Source: Antedon mediterranea
Taxonomy: Eukaryota; Animalia; Echinodermata
Direction of reading: 5' to 3'
Assembly: GCF_964355755.1 (NCBI RefSeq)
Contig: NC_092677.1
Coordinates: 7,462,101 to 7,526,100, forward strand
DNA length: 64,000 nucleotides
Below are positions 1-12,688 of the stretch, piece by piece (the stretch's first letter is position 1; each line of letters starts with the position of its first letter). A program made the position numbers and the translations under genes. The notes below the pieces were generated by a model. It was not told where the DNA came from and searched no databases. It saw only the letters and a program-made list of their open reading frames with translations.

Positions 1-2
1 TA

Positions 3-512
3 CGCCCGTATTCTTAAACCGGACTTTAGTCGTAGTTCGAAGTTCGACTTGGAAAAGTCGTAGTTCGAGCTATTACTTCAAATTCGATTAAAAAACGAAG
101 TAGTCGAAGTTTGCAGTTCGACTTAATGAAGTCGAGCTTTTAGTCGAGTTGCACACGTCTGGGTAACAAAGGCTATACATTGGCCAATGACAAGAGAGTA
201 TTTGAGGAGCAGACGAAATTTTGCGCATTGATATCACTTTCCATTTCTTACAACACTTTTTACGCATCAGGACTATATACATGAAAAATAATTTTAATCG
301 TTAATTATTAGAACAATATCAGTATTAATTTAACAGTGAAGTATATTTGATTAACAAAAAATAAAATCTTAAAAATATATTTAGGAACCATGGCGGTACG
401 GTAACTTTTATATTTTCTAGGCCCCCAACAAAGTATGATCGCCACGAACCACGCACTTCATAGCGTGACAAGAAAGCGCTAGGCCCCCTAAACATTCCAT
501 CGCGTGGTGAAA
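3..512 (+). mobile_element. Tourist-like (PIF/Harbinger) MITE, copy A, 3'-truncated
   Basis: Starts with the TIR CGCCCGTATTCTTAAACCGGACTTTAGTCGTAGTTCGA. Colinear with the complete copy at 18823-19751 up to ...CCATCGCGTGGTGAA. Confidence 0.8.
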
Positions 513-675
513 AAAGTGGGCTGGCTTATTGTTGGCTGGCTTGACACAAGCGTAAGCCGCCCGTATTCTTAAACCGGACTTTAGTCGTAGTTCGAGCTAA
601 AACTTTAAAAATGACGTCATTTTAATTCATAAACCGAACTTCAACTAAATCGCCGACTAATTCAGGCCAACCTCG

Positions 676-1132
676 TGTCACGAACTCCTCTTACGTATGT
701 TTCCGAGCGGTTGAAAATACTTTAGGAACTCCCTTGTGACATAAAAGTATACACACAAAATCCACAAAGTTGTAAAATAACTCAAAAACAAAGCTTTAAT
801 TTCAATCAACTTCAACTTTCAACAATCCAGTAAGCACTTTAAACAACAGCTTCACAATGACTTTACAATATAACATCCAACCTCTAATCCAACCTCTAAT
901 CCAACAACCTTACAATAGTTTACAACCCTTTATATACAAGATGCTCCTATCCTTCTAGATCATTCTTTATACTTCTCATTATTACATGATTACAGTTTCT
1001 ATTAATAGCACTTCTGGAATGTTCTTGATTGTTCTTATTAATTATACATGGTTTAAATCAAAACATCTTATTCTAGAATGATCATGTAAATACTATGTTA
1101 CTCTATATGTTAGGGAATGGTAATTTATTACA
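676..1132 (-). repeat. 3' LTR
   Basis: TGTCACGAAC...TTATTACA direct repeat of 10475-10931, adjacent to the PPT (GAAAGAGGGGGGAG on -). Confidence 0.95.
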
Positions 1133-1359
1133 CTCCCCCCTCTTTCTGAGCTCAAAACTCTTTCTTGGAGTTTTGAGGGGCAAGTATACACGGACGTGGC
1201 AAAATATAACATTTCCGACCTAGAAACCCTGTTTAATATATGAATATAAATTCAAACTACATTACGTGAAAACTAAATTCTCATTAAAACAAAATGTAAG
1301 AAACAAGTAACTTATAAACATGAAAACCTATTTTGTCTATTTGTAAAGTAACCCTTGCT

Positions 1360-3484
1360 TTAAGTTAATGGTTTTCGTGACAATCCGTCAGCATTACCAT
1401 TAGAAATACCCCTTCTATGTACAACAGTAAAGCAATAAGGTTGTAAATCAAGACTCCATCTAGTTAGTCTTTTGTTTGTCTCTTTCATTTCAACCAACCA
1501 TTTGAGTGGTTGATGGTCAGTAACTATCTTAAATTTTCTGCCTAGTAGATAATATCGCAGACTTTCGACAGCCCATTTTATAGCTAAACACTCTTTCTCT
1601 ATAGTTGCATAATTCTGTTCCCTTGGGAACATCTTACGACTAAGATACAATACTGGATGGTCAGTACCATCAGGACCTAGTTGACTAAGTACTGCACCTA
1701 ACCCTCGATCTGACGCATCTGTTTGCAGTATAAACTCTGCATTAAAATCTGGGTTTCGTAACACAGGGTCTGAACATAACGCCTGTTTTAACTTTACAAG
1801 TGCATCTTCACACTCAGGCGTCCATTTGATTTTATCTGGATGTTTTTTCCCCGTCAGATCAGTTAGAGGTGCTGCAATGTCAGCATAATTAGGAATAAAC
1901 TTTCGGTAGTATCCTGTCAGGCCAAGAAAAGATTTAACATCCTTCTTAGTTTTAGGTTTTTCCCATTGTACTACCGCTTCTACCTTAGTCTTTTGAGGAC
2001 GTATCATTCCTTCTCCAACTACATACCCTAAATAATGCACTTTACTATGTGCGAAACTACATTTTGCAGGTTTGACTGTCAGATTAGCTTGCTTGAGGGT
2101 CCGAAAAATGTCCCTAAGATGATGGCTATGACTTTCCCAGTCTGGACTAAATATTACCAGATCATCCATATAAGCTGCTGCATAAGATTCTTTCTTGCGC
2201 AACAGTTGATCCATCATTCTTTGAAACGTTGCAGGAGCCCCATGCAAGCCAAATGGTAAATACTTAAATTGGTACAAACCCATTGGTGTTGAAAAAGCAG
2301 TATATGGTTTTGACCGTTCAGTTAACGGAACCTGCCAGTAACCTTTACATAAATCTAACTTTGTTATAAATTTAGCAGGACCAACCCTGCCTATTATTTC
2401 ATCTATTCGAGGCATTGGATATGCATCAAACTTGCTCAAGCTATTCACTTTTTTGTAATTTACGCAAAAGCGAGCTGTACCGTCCGGCTTTGGTACCATG
2501 ATATAAGGAGAGGACCAGGGACTGTGAGACTCTTCTATAACCCCAAGTTCCAACATAGATTCTATCTCTTCTTTTACTTTGCCTAACTTAGCCTGAGGAA
2601 TTGGATAAGCTCTTAATCTAACTGGGTGTACCCCTAGGTTCATTTCAATATCATGCTTTATTACAGTAGTTTTCCCTGGCTTATCCTGTAACACTGAGTC
2701 AAATTCAGAAAACACCTCCGCTAAATCTGAAAGCTGAGATTCATCTAATCCTTCACCAGAATCTAAGGTTAAATTGGAACTAGAAATATTTGACCAAGAA
2801 ATGTCCTTATCCTGACCCTCGTCTTGTCCAGTTACATCATTTATAGCCAGCATAGCCTCAATGGTTCTACGATGAAATTGTTTTAAAAGATTTATGTGGT
2901 AGACTTTTGACTTTTTCCGTTTATCATTAGTTTCCACCTCATAGTTTACTGGACCTAGTTTCCTTAAAACCTTGTAAGGACCTTGCCATTTTGCCTCTAA
3001 TGCATCGTTACTAGATGGTAAGAGTAATAGGACTTCATCACCTGGACTAAATTCTCTACAAACAGATTTCTGATCATATTTTTGTTTTTGCCTTGTTTGG
3101 GATAGTTCAATGTTTTCCTGGACTAGATCTTTCATTGAAGTTAACCTATCTCTCATTTTAACAACGTGGGAAACCACACTTTGAGGACCTGTCACCGTGC
3201 CTGTCCACATTTCTTTCATTATATCAAGTGGACCTCGTACCTTCCAACCATACAATAATTCAAATGGAGAGAACCCAGTTGACTCCTGCGGTACCTCCCT
3301 ATAAGCAAATAATAGGTACGGAAGCAATTTATCCCATTCTCGGGGATCATCCTGAACAAATTTTCTAATCATAGCCTTAAGGGTGCCATTAAATCTTTCC
3401 ACTAATCCATCGGTTTGTGGATGGTAGGGAGAAGTAGTCAAGCCCTTAATTGAAAGTAACTTATAAATTTGACTCAACAACTTA
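1360..3484 (-). CDS. gag-pol 3' part: integrase C-terminal half (ERFN, GPY/F), reverse transcriptase (YMDD), RNase H
   Basis: Motifs in the ORF: YHPQTDGLVERFN, KWQGPY, LPFGLHGAPATFQ, AYMDD, TDASDRGLGAVL, EKECLAI, NADGLSR. The 5' end is cut by the Harbinger insertion. Confidence 0.93.
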
Positions 3485-3704
3485 AGCCCCTTTCTCACAG
3501 ACGTGCCTGCAATATACCGGTATGATGCTGGCGTCGTGCCGGTATCGTTACCGGCATATACCCATTCTCATCGGACTATCGTGCCGGAAATATAACCGGT
3601 ATATACCGGCTTTCTGTGAGAAAGGAGTCCGGCATATTCGGCCAATAAAAAGTCTGACAAAATAATTATTGAGGGCGTCCTTTATTGTTATTATTCTAGC
3701 CGAT

Positions 3705-5346
3705 ATGGCAGCGAATTTTAATTTGCAGATTATTATTCTCTTACTTTATAGCATATTTATGCAATACATGTTATGTACAGTATATTGTACATATATTATA
3801 CAGGTACAGGAATTAAATAGCCGTCATCGGCAATCTGTAAAACAGCATAGAAGGAGAAATCAGGCTGTAAAATTTACAAGGCGACGAAGGGTCAGGCACC
3901 AACAAAGAGCTATGGCCTATAGATTATATGCTATGGCAGCTATTGATGGTACGTCGTGCATTCGCCGTATATGGGTAAAGGATCGCAGGCATGGCCTTGT
4001 TTTTTGGAATACTGTAATGACAACGTATACAGATGAAGACTGGCGCCGACATTTTAGAATGTGTAAGGCAACATTTGAATTTATAGCCAATGAATTAAGA
4101 CCCGCCCTGGAAAAAGAAACGACAAATTGGAGAGCACCTATCCCCTATAAAGTTAGACTAGCAGCTGTTATTTGGTGGTTAGCCACACCCACCGAATATA
4201 GAAGCATATCAAACATGTTCGGAATTGGAATATCAACTCTATGCAACCTAGCACGGGAGGTGTGTTTTGCCATCCGAAGAAACTTATTTAAAAGATATAT
4301 ATCACTTCCCTCTGGTGAGAGATTAACAGCAACAATAAATGGATTCGAAAGACGCCGGTTCCCTCAATGTGCTGGGGCCATAGACGGTACCCATGTCCCC
4401 ATTCTAGCCCCGTCAAAAAATCCTGCAGACTACCATAACAGGAAAGGATGGCACTCTGTGATAATGCAGGCAGTGGTGGATCATAACTTTTGGTTGGTTA
4501 AAAATTATTTAACTAAATTATTGTACAAAAAGAGCTGTAACTGCTTAAGGTGTTTGTTTAATGCTATTCTATCCAGGGTTACATTAGGCCTATGAATAAT
4601 CTATATTATTCTACTTCCAAATGCATGATTCTAAAAAAAAAAGTATGGTTAAATCTAAAAAAATGTTCTTCATACATACAGCTTTACAGATGTAAACATT
4701 GGATGGCCAGGCAGAACGCATGACGCAAGGGTTTTGGCAAATTCAAACATATTTTCCCTTGCAGAGGACAGGCAAAATGGTCATCTTTTTCCTATGGAGG
4801 TAAGCTTTTGTGTAATTAATTGCTTATTATTAATGGCTAGGATTTCTATTAACACACGAATAAGAAAGGCATGATAGCAACAAAATTAATTTAATTGTTT
4901 TATTTATTTAGAATTCTACAGTGATAAATGGTGTAGAAGTACCTGTGTTTCTCATCGGTGATGCTGCATATCCCTTAAAAAAGTGGCTAATGAAACCATA
5001 TACCAACCATGCATTAACAGCCGATCAAAGAAGATTTAACACACGGTTAAGCTCTGCGAGAATGGTCGTTGAAAACGCATTTGGTCGTCTGAAGGGAAGA
5101 TGGAGAATACTTCTAAAGAGGAATGATGTCAATATTTCATTTGTATCAGATGTGGTTGCGTCATGCTCTGTTCTGCACAACATATGTGAGATGCATAAGG
5201 AACAGTTCTATCCTGAGTGGGATGAAGAAATGCGCAATTATGAAAGGCAGCATGGTTTGGTGCAGCCAAATGATAATGTTGATCCAAATAATCAGAATAT
5301 AGATGTAACATCTGATATTCGTGATGCAGTTTCGGCATTCTTGTAA
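3705..5346 (+). CDS. Harbinger (HARBI1-like) DDE transposase, 3 exons, about 446 aa
   Basis: Exons 3705-4492, 4682-4799 and 4912-5346 with GT-AG introns give an open frame. Motifs: GAIDGTH, GWPGRTHDARV, GDAAYPL, RMVVENAFGRLKGRW, LHNIC. Confidence 0.9.
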
Positions 5347-6019
5347 ATTTTAAACTAAGTTTTAAGTATTTTCATGTGGTGTATCCCAAACTTTTTGTTG
5401 ATTAGAAATGTTCTCACCATGCAAACCTAAACGCAATAAATAGATTAACAATCATGTCATTTATAGTGTTTTTTATTAAACAATAATCAGACAAATATAT
5501 TATTTTATATATACACGATATACATAATAATACACTTTATTACAGTATTATCCTATAGAAAACAACAAACAGTTTTTTTATTACTGTAATTTTTAAATAG
5601 CTAACTTAACATGTTAAAAGGTTTACATTTAACAGGTGTTTTTGGTATTGATAATGTAGTACAGTACATGTATAACTACAAAATAAAACCTTTTTGATTT
5701 TAATAAAAAAAATCTTACCAGCAATTAATGTTTGTTTGTATAACTAAACAATTAATTTGTAACAATAAAAATGATGTATTGATAGTGCTAAAAGGTCAAC
5801 ATATGAAAAATAGCATAAGCTGTGATTAAAGGAGTTTACTAAAATAATGTCATGGTGTGCACTTGTTTTGACAGAAAATATTCATTGTATTGTCCCAAGT
5901 TTTAAATTAACATTATTAGTATACAGTAATTAAAAATTTACTATTTTCAATCATTTTCATTTAACAACTCCAGGATTACATTAAATTAACATAAACACAA
6001 TGATTGGTTTAAAATGTGT

Positions 6020-7480
6020 CTAAAGTGTATAAAATTCTCCTTGGCTGCTGTCTGCTGAGCTGGATGATGATGTATTACCGCTGCAAGGTGAAGTAGCTGA
6101 TGGTGAAGAAGATGACTGGTATAAGTATCCTTGAGTGTGTGATGGAGGACCCATATTGTAATTAACTCGTGGTTGATTGGTGTAAAAAACAGGAGTTGGA
6201 TGTTGGATTTGATTGGGAACATGTTGATTTTGCATTGTTGTCATCATTGTTGTCATGCATGTTGTAAACTGTTGTAGCATATCCCTTTGAGTGTTTTGTA
6301 CTTGTGTAAAAAGCTCTTGTTGGGCATTCCTATTCTCTCTTTCAACTTTTAATTCCCAGTCCCTCTGTTCTTTCGCTAGTCTCCTCTCATCCTCTATCAA
6401 TCTTTTCTCGGATGCCTCAAATCTGTCTGCTATTAGTGTTGAGACAGCTTCCATAGATTTGTCTAGTTTTGTCTTTTTTGCCTTTTTTCTGGGTCTTTCT
6501 TCTTCTACCTGCACTGGACCAGCTGGTTGATCCACATCATCATCTTCTTGAACAAGAACATTTGTATCCACTTGAACAAATTCTAACACTTCAACATCTT
6601 CAACCACTTGGGCATTTTCAACTTCCTGTATAGGGTCATCCTCCTCTACAGTAGCCTCTGAATTAACTTCAAATGCCTCATGATCTATAAAAAAAATAAT
6701 TTTATATTTAAAACAGAAAATACAAAATGACTAACTTAAAATAAGCACATAGAATAGAAAGTCACTAATTATTAATTAATATAAATAGTGGCCTAGTAGT
6801 ATAGTACTACTACTATATTATTACAGTGAGTAGCGGTCATGAACTATGTAACCTTACCTAAATAAATTGAGTATTTGTTTATATTTATTAATATAATAAC
6901 TGTATAAAATATTTAAAAAGGATCCAAATTGATGATATAGATTTATGGTATAATATATTGTTGGCTTTAGCCTAGGCCTAGTAAGAGTAGTAGGGCCTGC
7001 CCTGGTCTGGGCGAGTAGAGCTATAGTAGTTAGGCCTAGGCCCTAGTTATAATAGGTACCGTAGACTAGTACTAGTAGTGAGTAAACTTTGCTAGACTTA
7101 CCCACGACTGCATCATCTCCTGCATCATCTCCAGCTTCATCTTCATCATCTGGGCTTACAATAGATTCTAGAACTCGAACAGGTTGGGCACATGGCCTGT
7201 GTCCCCAAATTACATCACACAAATCATAATATGGCCAAGTATGCTTTTGCTCCCCCGACCTGTTGTTTTTGTCTTTAATGACATGGTACCTGGCCTTTAA
7301 CGTTTTCAGTTTGCTTATGACTTGTTTTTTTGTTCGTTTTACGCCAACCACAGCCAGCTTACAAACAATATTAACGTAAACAGCTCCCGACCTTATTGTC
7401 CCATCCATCTGTTTACAAATTTCTTCTTCTCCCCTTATTTTAAGAAGCTCCCTAATCTCGTTTTCTCTCCAGTTCGACAT
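6020..7480 (-). CDS. Harbinger accessory Myb/SANT-like (trihelix) DNA-binding protein, 2 exons, about 347 aa
   Basis: Exons 7480-7102 and 6684-6020. N-terminal MSNWRENEIRELL...KLKTLKARY...WPYYDLCD, then an acidic linker, basic KKAKK and a coiled coil. Confidence 0.85.
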
Positions 7481-7765
7481 TTTGACAACTGAATTGAATC
7501 GGCGCCAAAGTGATACACTTGACCGCGCACAAGGTGTCAAAGCCCCGCGACGGGGAATATAACTGCGTTACGTTCTCACAGAATGCCCGTCTCGCATTGC
7601 GGGGAATATTCCTAGTAATATTACTAGGTCTTAAGCAGGTCATGTCGGTGCCGGCATGATGCCGGCATGATGCCAAGACGACCCGTTCTCACAGAAAACC
7701 ATACCGGCATAGTAATGGTATATTCCCGCAACATTCATGGCACACAGCTCTGTGAGAAAGGGGCT

Positions 7766-10137
7766 TTAGAGGTAAAGTTAGAACCTTGATCGGTTAAAAT
7801 TTCTGTTGGTACCCCTACCCTGGAAAATAATTTAATCAACTCATCCGCTATCTTTGGAGCTTCAATACTTCTCAGTGGGATAGCCTCCGGATATCGAGTT
7901 GCATAATCACATATAACCAAGACATATTTATTTCCTGTCTTACTCCGTGCTAGTGGACCAACAATGTCCATAGCGATTCGGCGGAATGGTTCACTGATTA
8001 TTGGCATAGGAATCATCGGGGCCTTCAATTTAGTTTTATACTTTGAAGTTTTCTGGCAATTTTCACAAGTGTTGCAATATTCGGTCACATCCTTTCTAAT
8101 ACCAGGCCAAAAGAATCTCTGCTTTATCCTATCTAATGTCTTTTTCCTACCTAAATGACCTGCCAAAGGAATATCATGTGAGACTTTCAATACACTATTA
8201 CGGCAAGGGTATGGAACCACTAATTGCTCTATTGGTTCTATCTGGTGTTTAGTGAAAACCAGCCTAAATAAAATTCCATCCTTACAGACTATCTTTATAG
8301 TGTCATCATCCTTCTGTACTAACATCTGTTCTCGAAGTGAAATTAAAGTTCTATCCTTAACCTGATAATCCTTAATTTTATCTCTGCCAATATCTAAAAT
8401 GTCTAATTCACTATCTTGGCTAGATTGAGCTTCCTTTGTTTTTGCAAACTCTTTCCTAACTTTTCGTTTCTCACTTCTGGTTTTATGAACTTTTTCCTTG
8501 GGAGGGTTGTCACTGAGTATTTGGCCATCTAAATGTCCAAATTCTTCTTGAAAATTAACCACATCATCTAACTGATGTGAAATAACCCCAGAAGCTTTTT
8601 CCGACTTTAATTCGTTTTCCTCTCTTAGTTTTTCTTTTCTAGCATGATCTCTAGTGGCAACAAAACTATGCCTATCATGATTCTTATCCCCCTTCCCTAA
8701 TAAGTCTCTAAATTTAGGAAAGTCCCTACCAAGAATTACATCTCTTGGTAAATCGCTGCAAACGCCAACCAACAAATTATGGTCTTCGTTATTAACCTTA
8801 ATATTGACGAATGCAGTAGGATAGGCTTGGACATGGTCATGGACGCACCTGCATGTAATTTTAGCTTGCTCCGCGCGATTAATTTTCTTAGCCGCTACTA
8901 AATCAGAATGAACAAGTGTCATATCACATCCAGAGTCTATCAAAATTTCACAATCACATCCTTCAACTAGGCCTCTACAAATGTAAGGTGTACATGGTTT
9001 TGAAACAGTATCTGTTTTTGTCGACAAAAAGCCATCCTTACTTCGACAAAATCGTTCTATGTGGCCTACTTTTTTGCACCGTCTACAAACGAGAGGTTGT
9101 CTAGCATCAGATTGTGATTTATGAAAGTTATCAGGGGGATTATTATTACCCTTACTGTCAACTTCAGGAGTGCCTTTCACTGTTTTCTCCTGGTTGTTTC
9201 TATTTTCGTGTTTTCTATTTTGAAACTTTTTCTCAAAATCGATACCTTTTCTAGCTTGAAAATAATTATCTGCTAATTCCGCAGCATTTAATCCCGAATC
9301 TGGTTTATGTTCTTTAACCCAAATTTGTACCCCTGTGGGCATAATATCTATCAATTGCTCTAAAATAACAATTTCAGCTAAATCATCTTTGCTTTTATCA
9401 GCAGGCCTAGCCCACTTAGTAAATAAATCTTTTAACCTAACATACATTTCTCTATAACTTTCTTCACTTTTCTTTTTAATTGACCTAAACCTTTGCCTAT
9501 ATGTCTCTTCAGTTATGTCATACCTTTGTAATATTGCTTTCTTCACTATGTCGTACTGGTTACTTTCTGTCACTGGTAGTGATGCATAGGCTGCTCTTGC
9601 TTTGCCTGTCAAATGAGGTATTAGTTTTACTACCCAGTGTTCTTTTCGCCACTCATAGGTGTTAGCAATACGTTCAAACGTAGTGAGATAATTTTCAATA
9701 TCATCACTATCAGAAAGCTTTGCAATCTGAACTTCCTTCAATCTCATTATGTCTTTTAATCGTTTCTCCTCACTGTCCTTTTGCTTGTCCATTAACGCCA
9801 TTACTAATGCTTGCTGTTTCTCCATATCTTCCCTACGTAAACGTTCTTGTCTTTCCATATCTTCCCGACGTCTTTCATTATCTTCTTGACGTGAACGTTC
9901 TTGTTGTTTCATCATCTGCTGCATCATAATATTCTGCTGTTGCATTTGCTGCTGCATCAACAACAAAAAATCTTTTGAAAATGAGTCAGCCCCTGTAGGG
10001 TTATGTCCACTGGTTGGTCCAGACTCTTCTGCCTGTTGTTCAGGTTGAATTGATTGAACTGATTCTACATCCGAATCAGTTTCATCGCCGCCGCTGTATT
10101 CTCTACCGGATCTTGTTGTTGATTGTTTATCAGCCAT
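7766..10137 (-). CDS. gag-pol 5' part: Gag with SCAN-like capsid domain, CCHC knuckle, aspartic protease, integrase N-terminal half
   Basis: Motifs: ETYRQRFRS...EQLIDIMP...WVKEHKP (SCAN-like), CRRCKKVGHIERFC, ILIDSGC, HDIPLAGHLG...CENC, MDIVGP, TDQGSNF. Confidence 0.93.
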
Positions 10138-10456
10138 TTTTTAAATCTGGATGAGGGTCTTGTTACTAGTTAATCGTAGTTACCGAGACGTTCACAAGTC
10201 TACTGTTCCAAATAAATAATGTACTGTTCTTAAAACAATGTTTGTGTACTTACGATTAAACAAAACGTAGCACCACGGCTTCCGTAAAATATCTCAGTAT
10301 CGTAAGTACCACTTCCTCAAAATATCAATAAAAGTACAGTTGATCCTAAACAGCCACCAATCTATGGCAAAATACAGTAGATCAAACTGCTACCACAAAA
10401 TATCACAACAGTACTGTAGATAAATACACAGTTAAGTCGAACAGTAGATCGAAATA

Positions 10457-10469
10457 ACCGCTGCCACCA
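10457..10469 (-). promoter_or_regulatory. Primer binding site (tRNA-Leu type)
   Basis: TGGTGGCAGCGGT on -, 5 nt downstream of the 5' LTR. Complementary to the tRNA-Leu 3' end ...ACCGCTGCCACCA. Confidence 0.75.
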
Positions 10470-10474
10470 AATTA

Positions 10475-10931
10475 TGTCACGAACTCCTCTTACGTATGTT
10501 TCCGAGCGGTTGAAAATACTTTAGGAACTCCCTTGTGACATAAAAGTATACACACAAAATCCACAAAGTTGTAAAATAACTCAAAAACAAAGCTTTAATT
10601 TCAATCAACTTCAACTTTCAACAATCCAGTAAGCACTTTAAACAACAGCTTCACAATGACTTTACAATATAACATCCAACCTCTAATCCAACCTCTAATC
10701 CAACAACCTTACAATAGTTTACAACCCTTTATATACAAGATGCTCCTATCCTTCTAGATCATTCTTTATACTTCTCATTATTACATGATTACAGTTTCTA
10801 TTAATAGCACTTCTGGAATGTTCTTGATTGTTCTTATTAATTATACATGGTTTAAATCAAAACATCTTATTCTAGAATGATCATGTAAATACTATGTTAC
10901 TCTATATGTTAGGGAATGGTAATTTATTACA
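10475..10931 (-). repeat. 5' LTR
   Basis: Direct repeat of 676-1132, adjacent to the PBS. Confidence 0.95.
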
Positions 10932-11746
10932 CTCGACTAAATCGAGACGAATTTTGATTGATTTTTTTAGTCCTGGAGGGGGCAGGCTAAATGGTCGACT
11001 AAATGGTTTTTAAACCATGTTTATGAAAAACGTAACAGTCATTGAGTTGTTATATTGGCCAGATATTGAAAAATGAAATATCTATTTTTATATTAGCTTA
11101 ATTAAGTATACATTGGTATAAGTTATAATAATGAAAATCATCTTTATTTACAACTGTATACAAATTACATTATTTTCTTCGCGCAAGTCCGACTTGAACT
11201 ACGTCACGCCATAGCGACAATGGGAAATGCGGCAATTCACCACGCGATGGAATGTTTAGGGGGCCTAGCGCTTTCTTGTCACGCTAGGGAAGTGCGTGGT
11301 TCGTCGCGATCATACTTTGTTGGAGGCCTAGAAAATATGAAAGTTACCGTACCGCCATGGTTCTTAAATATATTTTGTTTGTTGTTAATCAAAAGTACTT
11401 CACTGTTAAATTAATACTGATCTTGTTCTAATAATTAACGATTAAAATTATTTTTTATGTATATAGTCCTGATGCGTAAAAAGTGTTGTAAGAAAATGGA
11501 AAGTGATATCAATGCGCAAAATTTCGTCTGCTCCACAAAATACTCTCTTGTCATTGGCCAATGTATAGCCTTTGTTACCCCCAGACGTGTGCAACTCGAC
11601 TAAAAGCTCGACTTCATTAATTAAGTCGAACTGCAAACTTCGACTACTTCGTTTTTGAATCGAATTTGAAGTAATAGCTCGAACTACGACTTTTTCAAGT
11701 CGAACTTCGAACTACGACTAAAGTCCGGTTTAAGAATACGGGCGTA

Positions 11747-12564
11747 TATATCACAAGAATTAGTAATCCGCGATTTTCCCCGTAACAGTAATATTGTCCA
11801 TGTGGTAGGGCGCCGCCATAAGTGTGGATGTATCTGGGATGTATACAACTTTTTGTGAAGGTTTCACTAATCAAATGCTGGACCACCGGAGTATTTTCTG
11901 ATGATAAAAATGTTATCAACTACATGCCAACATCATGTTAAATACTATTTGAATATTTAATTGTTCGTTTTATGCAATTTATTTAGTAAAAACTGCCGTA
12001 TAAACAGTTTGATTTATCAACCGGGCGCTACGATAGCGTGACCGGGCGTGTTGGTGTTTACGCGTTTTCACGAAGGATAGTTTAATAATATTCCTATATT
12101 TAACTTGTTTCTGGTAAAACAAATAAATGTTAATGACATTTAACATTTTCTCCTATTAATAACATGTGTTTTATACTAATTTATATCATAAAAACAATAC
12201 TTAATTTACCGGGCGTACAGTAGTACACGGCAATGGCAAAGAATAGGCCGTGCTGAGTAATATTCGTTGATTTTTGGTGTTGCTGTGTTAAGCCTTTTTT
12301 GTGAACTAACTTAGCATGTTAGTAAATAATTGTCTGTAAAAGTGAATAAACACTAGTTTGTTAATAAATATGTATTATAAAATAGTTTACAATTGCAAAA
12401 ACTATCATCATAATTCTATTTAATGTGACATGTATCATGTCTATTAAATCAAGTCTTATTTAGTATGTATACATCCGCCCTTATGAGGGCGGGCATCACT
12501 CACTGGAGCTCTCTGTTACAAATTTCTCATGCAAAAATCGCGGAATACTCATTCTTGTGATATA
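11747..12564. mobile_element. Non-autonomous TIR element (MITE), unclassified
   Basis: About 30-bp imperfect TIR TATATCACAAGAATTAGTAATCCGCGATTTT / AAAATCGCGGAATACTCATTCTTGTGATATA. No ORF. Confidence 0.7.
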
Positions 12565-12688
12565 CATTCTTTGCTATTATGGACAGAAAGTCCCCTATTG
12601 TTATGGACAGAAAAGAAAAGTAACCTATTATGGACAGATTTCACCAACCCTATTGTGTGAATAAGGAAGTCAAGAGATCGATCGTGAA

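Larger units (their letters stand above)
3485..7765 (+). mobile_element. Autonomous-type PIF/Harbinger DNA transposon
   Basis: 16-bp TIR AGCCCCTTTCTCACAG / CTGTGAGAAAGGGGCT and 3-bp TTA TSD (3482-3484, 7766-7768). Contains convergent transposase and Myb/SANT genes, with subterminal CCGG-rich palindromes. Confidence 0.95.
676..10931 (-). mobile_element. Full-length Gmr1-like Ty3/Gypsy LTR retrotransposon (interrupted by Harbinger)
   Basis: 457-bp TG..CA LTRs at 676-1132 and 10475-10931 with no mismatch seen by eye. 4-bp TSD CTCG (672-675, 10932-10935), PBS at 10457-10469, PPT at 1133-1146. Domain order is gag-PR-IN-RT-RH. Confidence 0.95.
558..11744 (-). mobile_element. Tourist-like MITE, copy B (inverted), interrupted by the LTR retrotransposon
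   Basis: TIRs at 558 and 11744. Segments 558-675 and 10932-11744 rejoin to the reverse complement of copy C across the CTCG TSD. Confidence 0.85.

Noticed and set aside
7735-7765. Stop of an independent 800-aa gag ORF and separate start of a 712-aa pol ORF
   Set aside because: Both ends are read-through into Harbinger TIRs. The two ORFs are halves of one interrupted gene.
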